Shown piece by piece: positions 47,301 through 58,600 of a stretch of DNA of 64,000 nt. A model generated the notes under the pieces. That model did no database searches. It saw only the letters and a program-made list of their open reading frames with translations, and was not told where the DNA came from. The stretch lies in NCBI GenBank assembly GCA_032718475.1, contig JAUCBJ010003862.1:17167-81166 (forward strand), read 5' to 3'. Positions within the stretch are counted from its first letter, which is position 1, and the number at the start of each line of letters is the position of its first letter. The DNA comes from Nemertoderma westbladi (lineage: Eukaryota; Animalia; Xenacoelomorpha). The position numbers and the translations under genes are program-made.

Positions 47301-47663
47301 TTACAATAAAGAAAGACATAATTTCGTAGGGCTATGCCGATTTAGCCGTATTTCAAACTTTTCACCAGCTTCGTTGTATTGTGTAATAACAATAAACCCC
47401 TCTATCATGGATAATAGTAAGATGTTGATTAATTTTCCCTCATGCTCAACTTTCAGGTTGTAATCTAAGAGATGAATACTATTATCAGAAGCATCAATAT
47501 CAATTGAGCTTAAAACTTTCCTGGCTTTTTCAGAAAACTCAATTTTATATTTATCATCTCCCTGATGGTAAATTGTATAATCAATAACAATATAGGCTTG
47601 ACCATCTTCTGCAAAAAATGAATGCCTTACTATTGGCATAACCATATCGGAATCAGAAGACAT
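47301..47663 (-). CDS. Polinton hypothetical protein
   Basis: 120-aa ORF with TATA (47757-47768) and CCAAT upstream on minus strand. Confidence 0.55.
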   Translation of the reverse strand: MSSDSDMVMPIVRHSFFAEDGQAYIVIDYTIYHQGDDKYKIEFSEKARKVLSSIDIDASDNSIHLLDYNLKVEHEGKLINILLLSMIEGFIVITQYNEAGEKFEIRLNRHSPTKLCLSLL

Positions 47664-47902
47664 TATTTAATTTATTTTATTGTAAATCAAACAAACAAAG
47701 TAAAAACTTTTAAACTAAAACCATTACAATTGATTAATTGTGATTAAAGCAAGAGATTATATATATAAGATATTTTCAAAAATAATACAGGTCTTAAACT
47801 GAGAAATAGCCTAAATTCGGTTTATTGATTGGTTGATTAGCCGGTAGGGAAAATGCAGTTTAATTAAAAATTATTGCGTAATAATAATAATCACTAATTT
47901 GT

Positions 47903-48525
47903 GTATACGCGTAGCTGGAACGTGGCGGAATTTCATGCACATGTATCATACTGAGTGGTTGGTTTGTTGGTTTGGCGACAGCAGCTGAGTAGCTCTATCA
48001 ACGGAGGGACGTAAATCGTTGAGTTGGCAATCGATATAATATACTGTAATATAACGACTTGGTATATGCATCGTGTAGATGGCCACTTTATCGTTTTAGT
48101 CACCATATACAGTATGTGGAGGTGGTAGCGTGGCGAAAAGGGGAATAATCGGAGGGTGTATCGCTGTTGGTTGGTTCGTGAGTGGGTAGGTAACAGCAGT
48201 TGATCGAATAGCGATGGGTTGGGGGCTAGCCATGCATCAAGAAGTTAGGCTACGCGAAGATGAATATGCAATGGATGGTTGTTGCAGCAATGATACGAAT
48301 CAATACTATCGGTTGGTAGGTAACAGCTGCCATTGAATAAGGTGGGCTACGCGTAGGTGAATACGCTACGATTGGTTGATGGTAACTACCTCGATGGTGA
48401 CAGATGTAGGCAATTAAACGCCGTAATTTAGCATCGGAATTTGGCATTTTTAATAGTCCTCCGAGATGTAGCCCATAGCCCAAGCTAGGGAGGAGTTCGT
48501 TGGGGTCACCTCTTCTCCTACTACT
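47903..48525 (-). repeat. Polinton right TIR
   Basis: Inverse of 30249-30858. Confidence 0.95.
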
Positions 48526-49665
48526 GCTGATCACGAATATGACATATGAAAATATCGTACCATGTTGATGACGGGTTTTTTTAGATACGTGTCAATGTGC
48601 AGCATGAAAAATACAAGTAGCACAAATTTCATAATGAAAAATCATTACCAAATCAACCTGATTTTATAACATTTGGGGTATTTTGCGATGCTGATCACGA
48701 ATATGATACTCATAAATATAGTATTATCCAATTCAACCAAAGTTGATTTTTTCTCTTTGAAATTTTATGCTACTTGCATTTTTCGTCCCACCAGACAAAC
48801 ACGAAAAGCGATAGTTGCGTTACCACGAATTATTTTTAACGAGTTGTATCGTGATTAGCGACCTTGAAAACCAGTATAGTTTCAGAATTACCAAACCAAA
48901 GACAAAATTTATCAGTTTAAAATTTTTGCTACTTGTAATTTTCGTTTTGGAGCACCAAAATGGCACCAAAATTGGGTTTGCACATACCAGAAATATTTAT
49001 AACTACTTTCATCGCGATCAGCTAACGCGAAAACCCTTATACGTTTAGAATTATCAAACCAAACAAAAAAGTTTTTAGTTCGACATTTGTTTACTTTTAC
49101 TTTTCGTCCTGGTGGTCCAAAATAGCACCAAAAATGATTGATGCATTGCCAGAAAAATTAAATTTGCCAGAAAGTTTGACATGTTTTATCGTGATCAGCG
49201 TCCTCGAAATCCAATATACCATCAAAATTTTAATTTTTGAGCCAAGATCTAAAAAATTTTCTAAAAAAATTCTAAAGTATCCACCCCCCCTCCCCCCACG
49301 GGCCAATTAAGTACTGTAGTAATAAATCCCGGGCCAGACAGCAGATAGTGTTAAACATACCGGTAACCCAGGATAAATATCCCCGACTGAATATGAATCT
49401 CTTAATTCTGCATCAAACACATAAACACGTTACGTAGGCCTAGTAGAGTAGAGTAAAATAAAGTATCACTTCCTCAAATCATAAAACGCACTATATTCCA
49501 GGATAGTTAATAATAATTCCCCTAAATAATATCAGTTCTCAATATCATCTCAATATCAATTAATATCATTACATTGATGTCGTAATATTATTAATTTATC
49601 TCAGCTTATCTATTATGTATCAATTACCTTTTTCTATTAAATCCAAGATAGGCCTACAGTAGTAA

Positions 49666-49852
49666 GGCCGCGTTCACACTACCTAGTCAAAGTCAAAGTC
49701 AAAATAAAATAAATATAGTTAGCTAGCAATAATAAATAATAATACATTATATAGGCCTAATATAATACATAAGGGCATTCTAGAAAAAATTAAATTTCAT
49801 GTTTTGTGATTTATATTTTGTCTTTTGACTTTGACTCGGTAGTGTGAACGCG
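49666..49852. mobile_element. PIF/Harbinger-like MITE (right end clipped)
   Basis: TAA + ggccgcgttcacactacc.agtcaaagtcaaa mirrored by ttttgactttgact.ggtagtgtgaacgcg. Confidence 0.6.
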
Positions 49853-49853
49853 T

Positions 49854-49921
49854 GACTTTTTGGTCGACCAATAAGTACTTTTTGGTCGACCAAAAAGTAC
49901 TTATTGGTCGACCAAAAAGTC
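49854..49921. repeat. 68-bp perfect palindrome of three 22-bp units
   Basis: gactttttggtcgaccaataagtactttttggtc|gaccaaaaagtacttattggtcgaccaaaaagtc. Confidence 0.95.
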
Positions 49922-52099
49922 CCTTAAAAAAATAAATAAAAAAAAGTATTAAGTGGCACAATTCAGCCACCGTATACATCGCCCGTCGAAATGTACAAAT
50001 GTTAGTGGTAGGCCCTGGTGTCATCTGATCTATAAAAAAGCCCTGACTAGTCGAACTAAGTGCCGCTCTGTAGACCGAGCGAGCGAGCGTCATCTATACA
50101 CACAGCACTTTCCAACTATAACTGCTTAGATTAGGGGATTAGGCCCCCGTGCCCGTGGCTGCCAGCCCGTGTAGAGGTGATAATAAATAGTCAAATAAAT
50201 ACAGGTAATAAGGCATTGATGCCTAACACAGTAACAGCATAATGCAGTCAGCACTATCAGCAGTAATGTAATGGAATGCCTAATGTAATGCAATGCATAT
50301 ACCACATACTGAATAATTGACTACATTACTGGATAAAGAATTAGAATTATTAGAATTATTTATATATATATATATATATATATAAGTAGATGTATGTAAA
50401 GAGTACTGCAGTACTACAATAGACGAAGTGCACTGGTTGGCACTTAGAATTTTCGACTGACAAATTGGCCATTTTTTTGAAAATGCCACAGTTTTATAAA
50501 CCTTGCCAATGAAATCAGCACATTCTAAAACCTCAGTAGCCAAACTATACGGCCAAATTACCACTCTTGGCTATTGAAAATTTTGAGCTACTTGTAATTT
50601 TGGTGCTCTTTTAGTGTCAATTATAAAATAAATAATAAAGATTTTATTCTAATTTGTTTTCGCTCACTAATAATTAATTCGACTGGTTTAATGGTTATAC
50701 CAAAGTCTTGACGCGTTGAAGGGTGATGTATTTTGAGTAATTTTATCAATTCCGAAAAGTGCTGATATGGTATGGGTGCCAGGAACTCCTCATATCTTGA
50801 AAACTACTGGAGCTATTAAATTTTTATTTTTCTCATCTGAAAGAGGACATAATTTCAGTTAGGGACAAGTACTTTCGACGCGCTAGACCTATTGTTTCAG
50901 GGGTTTTATCTAAGAGAAATAACTGGCCCACTAAATTTAGGGGCTCTGCAGCAGCTTGGCGGGTCGTATCTATAGTAGGTCATGCTTGGTGTATTAAAAG
51001 TCCGTTTTAGAAGTCAGGTTTGTTGGGGAAAACCGAGATTTAGTGACTTTTCATAAAATTTAATGGGCTAACAGAGTAAACGCCATTTACATGGTTATGT
51101 TAGTTGTCGTGCTGAGGTCCCTTTCTGGCACCAACAACAGTATTTTTCATGGTAATATTTTCAATAGTTTTTATGGCTCACTAAAATTAAATTATTTGCG
51201 GTATATAGCACATTCTTTGGACACTTATCACGATTATGGAATTAAAATATAACATTCGAGAAAATTTTTGGTCATATTGAATGTGCCCTCTTGGACATGA
51301 ATAAAATCAAGTTGTACAAATATGATAATAAAAATCACCATAAAATCAAATTGATTTTATGACCATATAGGTTTTAGGGTATGCTGATTACGAATATGAC
51401 ACTGAAATATTTCGTACATTGTTGATCCTGTCAATTTTTTGATATGTGTCAATTTGCGGCCCGAAAAATACAATTAGCACAAATTTTATAATCAAAAATA
51501 ATTACCAAATCAATCTGATTTTTAGACATTATGGGTTTTCTGGGACGCTAGTGGGATCCCACTTAATCGGTCATTGCGGTTCTAATGAGCATAATATTAA
51601 TGCAGTAGGAGAACTCAAAGTTGGCCATCACGAAAATTTAGAATTATCATCAAACAATCGTCAAAAGACATCTTCAAAACAAATGTAGAGCGAATAGTTC
51701 TTGAAATATCGCTGAAAATGTGAAGTCCGGCACAATTACCGCCTTGATGCGATATGGACAAATCCTCAAAAAATTTTATTTTTATTTATCTCAAGGAATC
51801 AAGAATAGACACATCGCTGCAACAAATTGATTTAGTGTATAGAGACACCTTCAAAATTAAAGAGTAGTGATTAATTCACTATAGTTTTTGTACAAAATGT
51901 GTGGAATGGGTCAACTCAATATCAAGTATTAATTGGTGGATATTATAGTCTTGACATTTTGTAAAATAACTCAAGAACTAATGACTCTACTCTTATTTTA
52001 AAGGTGTCTACACCCACTACATTGATCATTTCTGTGATGTGTCTATTCTTGATTCCTTGAGATAATTCAAAATAAGATTTTTTTGAGGATTTGTCCATA

Positions 52100-55000
52100 C
52101 GACTACCAACCAGGAACTTGACAAGATCGCTGATTGGCTTATTGCTAACCGCCTCTCCTTAAACTTAACAAAGACGGAATACACTATATTTTCTAATACT
52201 CTAACTGACCCGACTAATCTCCCCCAACTATCGATACAAAATAAGCTAATTAAATCTACTAACAATTATAAAATACTAGGAATCTGGTTTGACAACAAAC
52301 TCACCTGGAAAACTCATAATATACAGTAATATACTCAAGAAAATTTAAAAAACGACAGGACTCTTCTAGAAACTCCGGCACATGTTTCCCCTCTACATTC
52401 TGCGCCAGCTATATTTTACCCAAATCCACCCATATGTAAACTATGGACTACTTCTATGGGGAGGTACTCACTCATCATCCAATCAATAAATTCCTACGTT
52501 GTATTACTTCAGTCACTCCGAAGCGTCGTCCAACCGTTGATCACCGCCTTATTGTGGCCAAGGTAAGACTTAGTCTGCGTGCTAGCAGAACAACGAAATC
52601 TGCCTTGTCGCGGCATGACTAGTCCTCTCTGTTGCAACAGCCAAGTGTGAGATCCAGCTTCACACTACAGCTGAGCAACAGGTATGAGGTTCTTGCCTCT
52701 GAGGCGGCAGATCACTGTGAGGGCTATACTGCCTTCACCGAGGCAGTTAAGTTAGCAGCTGCAGAAACAGTTCCTGTATACCCTCGAAACAGGAAACGGG
52801 TCCCCTGGACTGACAAGAGTCCCGACTCAAACAGACTACAGCGGCCAAGAATGCAGTTAAGGCTGCATCTAGGTCCCTGAACAGGCAGTACTCTGTTAAT
52901 TTACAGGAGCTAATAAACCAACAGGTTGATGCCATCAATGATGCTGACGACAGCAGGCAATCATCCCAGGCATGGAGATCGATCAACTTGCTTGCTGGTC
53001 GAAAAAGCAAACCAACCACCAAGGTTAAGGCTGAATCACCAGCCGATCGCCTCAATGGTTGGAAGGCCCACTTTGAAAAGCTCCTCAATAATGACAGGGT
53101 ATTGCCTGATAACTTTATAGAAGTAAAAGTGTCTGAGTCTGTACTCCCAGATATTCCCATTGGTGATATCTCCTTTGCAGAATTGAGGGCTGCTGCAAAG
53201 AGCATTAAGACTAATCGTGCCAGTGGAGTAGACCTGAGTGTTTAAAGCTCATCTATCCCATCATAGTAGACATGTACAGAAAAACAAGAGTCCCACAAGA
53301 AACGAAAACAAATAAGTTGGTGCCAGTTCCCAAGAAGGGCAACCTAACACTCTATGGTTCTTTTCGGGGAATCTCATTGATCACGATTGCTGAAAAACTA
53401 TACAATAGAATTCTATTAAATCGCATCAGGGATCCCATTGAGAGACTGCTCCGTGGAAATCAGAATGGGTTCCGTAAAGGTCGTGGGACCATGGAGCCCA
53501 TTTTGGCACTTAGAATGATAATTGAAGAGTTATCAAAAAAGAAAGGCAATCTGGCTGTTATCTTTGTTGACTTCTTCAAGGCCTTTGATTCAGTCTCTCT
53601 CTCACGTATGTTCAGCATACTTTCATTATATGGGATTCCTGATGAAATTATTGCCCGCAATCAGATCAGTATACGATGGTTCGACAACATTTGTGTCTAC
53701 TGTTGATGGTGACACAGAACCATTTGAAGTGTTATGGGGCGTCCTCAAGGGAGACACACTTGCACCATTCTTGTTCATAATTGTTGTTGACTATGTTCTA
53801 CGCATGTCCTTAGATCATCATAATGATGATGGGGTGATGATAACTCCACCTACTGGCTCCAGAAGTCGAGGAAATCCTGCCAAGTACCTAACTGATCTAG
53901 ACTTTGCTGATGACTTAGGAGTACTCTCAGAATCACTAGAGGGAGCCCAATGGCTCCTCAGCTCATTAGATGCTCATTAGATTAACTGCAGAAAGACCAA
54001 AATTTTGACAGTTAACTTTGAAAGTCCTCAGCAAGTCTCTGATCGGATGAGCATAAGCTCAAAAGATGGTATGCTTGAGCATGTGGATGACTTTGGTTAC
54101 CTGGGATCATGGACCCGGAAGTCAGGTGAGGACCTTCGAATACGTAAGGGAAAGGCATGGGCCGCCTTGAATAGGCTTTCCAGGATTTGGAAGTCTCCGA
54201 GAATTAATCGGAAACTTAAGGTCCGATTATTTAGAGCAGCAGTAGTTCCAGTACTCCTCTATGTGAGTCCATGCTGGGCTCAAACTGCTGAGGACACCAA
54301 ATATCTGGATGGCACATTCACAAGAATGCTACGCCGGGTTCATTGTGTCAAGTACAATGCATACATCTCCAACCAGACACTATATAACATTGGAGGTGTC
54401 TCATTGGTCCCCCCAAGCTTGACACTAGAACAAAATCGCCTCCGCTTTGCAGGACATTGCTTTCGCCGAGAGGACCAGCCAGTGCATAATCTTGAACTTT
54501 GGCAGCCTCATGGAGTGAATAAGCATGGTGGACAGCCCATGACTTTCTTGAGACGCATCTTAAAGGACACTGGCCATGAAGATGCGGATGATCTAGCAAA
54601 TGTCATGGGTGATAGGGAGTTGTGGCGGTGCAATTTTGTCGATAAGCCGGCACAGCATTCTTAAAAATGCAGCTGCAATGCAGCATGCCGATCCTAGTAG
54701 TAGTAGTAGTCCACCAACCTGCTATATAAATCTCTCAACATACTCCCCCTTGATTTAGTGTTTAAGCACCAAGTGTCCTTGTTTATGTTCGACATTCACA
54801 CTAACTCCATCCCTCCTAACTCTGACCTTGGTCAGCTCTTTTCTAAAACATCAACAGTACATAGCTACGCTACTCGTACTGCAACTAATCTCAATTTTTA
54901 TACCCCCCTTGTTAGACTTTCTTCCACACAACGATCCATGAGCTTCTTGGGCCCATCCATATGGAACACAATCCCAGTAATTATATAAAATAAAAGCACA

Positions 55001-55479
55001 AAGAGGACTTTCTCAAAATATCTCAAGCAATACTACCTATCTAAACTATAACTAACAATACCTTTAAATTAATTTTGTAATTCTAGGCGTAACGATTCTT
55101 AGTTACACTAAACTATTGTTTTAACCAAAATAATAGTTTACCACTAGTACCGTATCAACATCCATTATTCAATTCATCATTCGGCTACCGCATTCCTATC
55201 TAACTAACTTTTATTTTTTATCTTCTATTATTTACATTGCTATCTTCAAATCTGGAGTACACAGATCTGGAACCTACCTACCCCTACTTATCCCCCCCCA
55301 ACCACAACTTCCCAACCCTCCATTTCCAATAGGGTGGTGGCAACTACTAGCCCTGCTACTAGCTATCATCCTATTCCTTCCTTCTGTAACCTTCATCAAT
55401 CTTATTTCACTCATAAGTGCAATTTTACTCATAAAAGGATGGAAGAATTAAACTAAAAAACTTAAACTGAAACTGAAAC
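52100..55479 (+). mobile_element. 5'-truncated, decayed L2/Crack-like LINE interrupted by an RTE
   Basis: TNQELDKIADWLIANRLSLNLTKTEY at ~52105; resumes at 54711 (HSYATR, GPSIWN); (aaactg)n tail. Confidence 0.78.
52490..54710 (+). mobile_element. RTE-clade LINE, 5'-truncated, frameshifted
   Basis: FRGISL, QNGFR, DFFKAFDS, GDTLAPFLF, LDFADD, YLGS, RLRFAGH; (TAG)n tail at 54695-54710. Confidence 0.88.
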
Positions 55480-55604
55480 TTATCGCATCAAGGTGGTAAT
55501 GTAGACTTGTGCTGGAATTCACATTTTTGCAATATCTCAAGAACTATGTTTGTTTTGAAGGTGTCTACCCACACTAAATTGGTCATTGCGGTTCTAATGA
55601 GTAT

Positions 55605-58600
55605 TGTAAGAATTTTTCCCCATAAAAATCCGTAGGGAAAGAAATCTAGGAACCAAACGTTCTAACTAAATAAAAGTTTAAGTTACAGAATAATAGAATA
55701 AAACTACGTTGGGGATTTCCGGCTAAATCAAGAGTCAAATGAAACCACAGGAATGTTTTAAAAGGCGACTCGCCTTACCATTCGTTCTAGTTAAAGTCAA
55801 GGAAGGTTTTCTTTGTACCGTGGTTTAGGCTTTCCTAGGGAAACTGAAAGTAAACAAACCAGTAGGCGGACCTGAATACACCTACGCCGTGTAGAATGCC
55901 CTACATACAATCCAAACCAGTCAAATTTACCTCACAAACCTGCTCAGAGCAAGCGAATCCACCCGCCCAATGATGGTTGGTAGATCCTGGAAGCTGACTC
56001 GTGTAGACCGTGGAGCATCCACATCCCACATCATCGATCTCGCATTGAACGACTCGCCCGCGCCCGTTAACGATAAGGTGCCTCTCCGGTCATCTGTCTT
56101 AGTAACCAGTCAACCTAAGGTCGGCCATAATCCGACCTTGGCGTGACGTTAAGAGTTTTAATCCGTATGCCAGTAACCGATAGTTCACCCCCATAAGGCC
56201 AAAGGCCTTTTAGATCAAGGCCCGAAAGCCTAAAGGAAAATATAGTTTGAAACTCGGAATACTATATTTTAGATTGTCTGGAAACCTTTGATGAAAACTA
56301 AGCTTCTAACTTCCTAAGAAAGGTAAGGTGGTGTACAAAGACTCATGAAAATATACCGGTGACAAAATATCTTCTAAACCAATGTAGAAATATATCACTA
56401 ACAATATAAATAATTGTGCTCAACTAATCAAATAAGTTTAACTTATACAACCGGTAGAATGATATTGGCAAATTGTGAATTTTGAACACCGTGAATCGAG
56501 ACTAATAATAATTCTGTAGCAACTGTATTATATCAGGACAATAAACAGGGCCGCTTTATCAATATCAAGGCCCCTACTCCTCTAGGCGGTAATGTAGGTT
56601 ATATCAGCTGACCAATAGGAAACTACCTTTACTACACAGCATTTTCCCTAATGCATTTTCCGCCTAAGTAAACAGTTTAACCAATATAATAATATTGTTA
56701 CAGGGAGCCACTCGGATGGAGAGGATTAATTGAAATCAATATAATATAATACTGTAACCGGCACATTATCTAAGGCTATCTGACGACTGACGGCTTGTAA
56801 ATTATAGCACATGAATTTAACTAAATATAATTTCCGGTCAAATAAATTAATTCCTGCTGAGAATATTATTATAAATTTTGCCAACAAAAATATAAAATAT
56901 CCGTTGTAGCTGAAACCTGTAAAGCTATAATTTGGACCAAAAATAAGTAAATAACGGAGCCGGTGCCAAAAAAGTGACACTACTCCCTCGGGTTCCTAAT
57001 AACCAAGGGACACGAAATTAATCATTAAGCATTAAGCGCAGTTATTTACATACAGTACTACATAAGTAAAATAAATGTTTGACTCAAAACAAATTGCTTC
57101 AGTATGTAAAAAAAAACTTTCATCAATATAAAACGAACAAAGAATTAGCCGAACACAATATTCAACTAGAACATATACTTGTATATATTTAATTAATTAG
57201 GATTAATTCGATAAATGAGTTTAGTTTAGTATATTCGAACGGGTTCAATCTTGTGGTTACGAGATACCTTTGTATTCTCACTAAAGGTTTCCGAATTCGT
57301 GAGAATGATTGACAAATGATTGGTAATGTATGTAAGCGTCTAATCTTCATCCCTCCTTCCTAACCTCCCTGGAAGTCGAGATGAGGTGGAACAATGGTCG
57401 GTCAAATAGTTTAAATAGACCGAAATCGTGATCCAATGTGATTATAGCATTGTCATATCCGAGTTGCGAAGAAACTCTTTATAGGACCCGTAAGAAGGCG
57501 AACGGTTACCAGGCATACTATTTCTGTATTAAATGAGAGACATTTCAGTTTTTAGATCGCCATCTGTCTGCTACATTTCGCCATTCTTTATAACGTGGCA
57601 CACTAATACAATAATTGTGAGCCAAAAAAGTTTATATGTACCCATAAATTAACGTTGATTGTTGATGTGGCAAGGAATGGAAGGGGTCTGCCGCCGCCGC
57701 AAGAAAGAATGAAGGGGAGGTCTCGACCCCACTGATCAACCAGAGAGTTCCCAGAGTCCAATGAAAGGCCGTAACCAATCACCATAACAAATTGGGCTTA
57801 AAATAAATGTCTGAGCATAAAATAAATGTAGGCCTACCTTGCTTATTTAATGGCCAAAGCACATAAATACATACAAATCAGAGCATACTCTCTTAATATA
57901 ACGGCCAAGCATATATACAAATCAGAGCACACACTCAAGGAGGATTAAGGGTGATTGGGGACCACAACAAGAATTGCAAGACTGAGCGGCATCCTGCTTC
58001 CTGATTTACCCGAGGGGTGACTCACACAGATGTGTGGCGCAAATTGACAATTTTATCTATTTGAACTAGATAATGTTGGAGCTGGCTCCAGCATGCTAGT
58101 CTCTGGACAGGTCTGTCCAGAATCGAACCAATGGATGTTTTCACTGTTACAGTTCTGATACGATTATTTTTATCACTTTTAGTTGCCATGACAACAGCTG
58201 ACAACCAATGCCGACGGGGAATATTCTCACCTTGGAGGAGAACTAAGTCTCCTACTTTTATATTTAATTGCTCCTTCCGCCACTTAGGCGCTAAAGATAT
58301 TTTTCTTAAATATCCTTCGGACCAGTGGTCCAAAAAGCAATCACTATAACATAATTCATCTGGATTGGAGATTTGGAACACAGCTAAAGGTTGAATTTCA
58401 GGGGAAGTTTCGTCATCTGAATTATCTTGAGAGTTTCTTGTTGAAAATCTGTGTCGCTCCAAAACACTAGGGTGAGGAGCTCTCTTGTACCACCCAATTA
58501 CAGTTTGTGCTGCTCGTGCTTGATGTGGTTTTGGGTTGTGAGGACGATACTTATATATATGGTGTGCCTCAAAGATATCTTGACCAATTAGCAATATGGT

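Larger units (their letters stand above)
30249..48525. mobile_element. Polinton/Maverick endogenous virus, full length, defective
   Basis: AGTAGTAG...CTACTACT termini; 6-bp TSD GCTGAT (30243-30248, 48526-48531); pPolB, integrase, ATPase, MCP, penton, adenain genes. Confidence 0.97.
29588..50984. mobile_element. Non-autonomous P/Galileo-like DNA transposon with ~460-bp TIRs, containing the Polinton
   Basis: TIRs catgacctactatagatacgacccg (29588-~30050) and inverse (~50523-50984); 7-bp TSD CTTGGTG at 29581-29587 and 50985-50991; no transposase seen; superfamily call is inferred from CAT termini and TSD length. Confidence 0.8.
51660..55560. mobile_element. Foldback/MITE-like element split by LINE insertions
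   Basis: 51750-51870 is inverse of 51985-52099; the arm resumes at 55480 (tatcgcatcaagg) as inverse of ~51695-51753. Confidence 0.6.
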
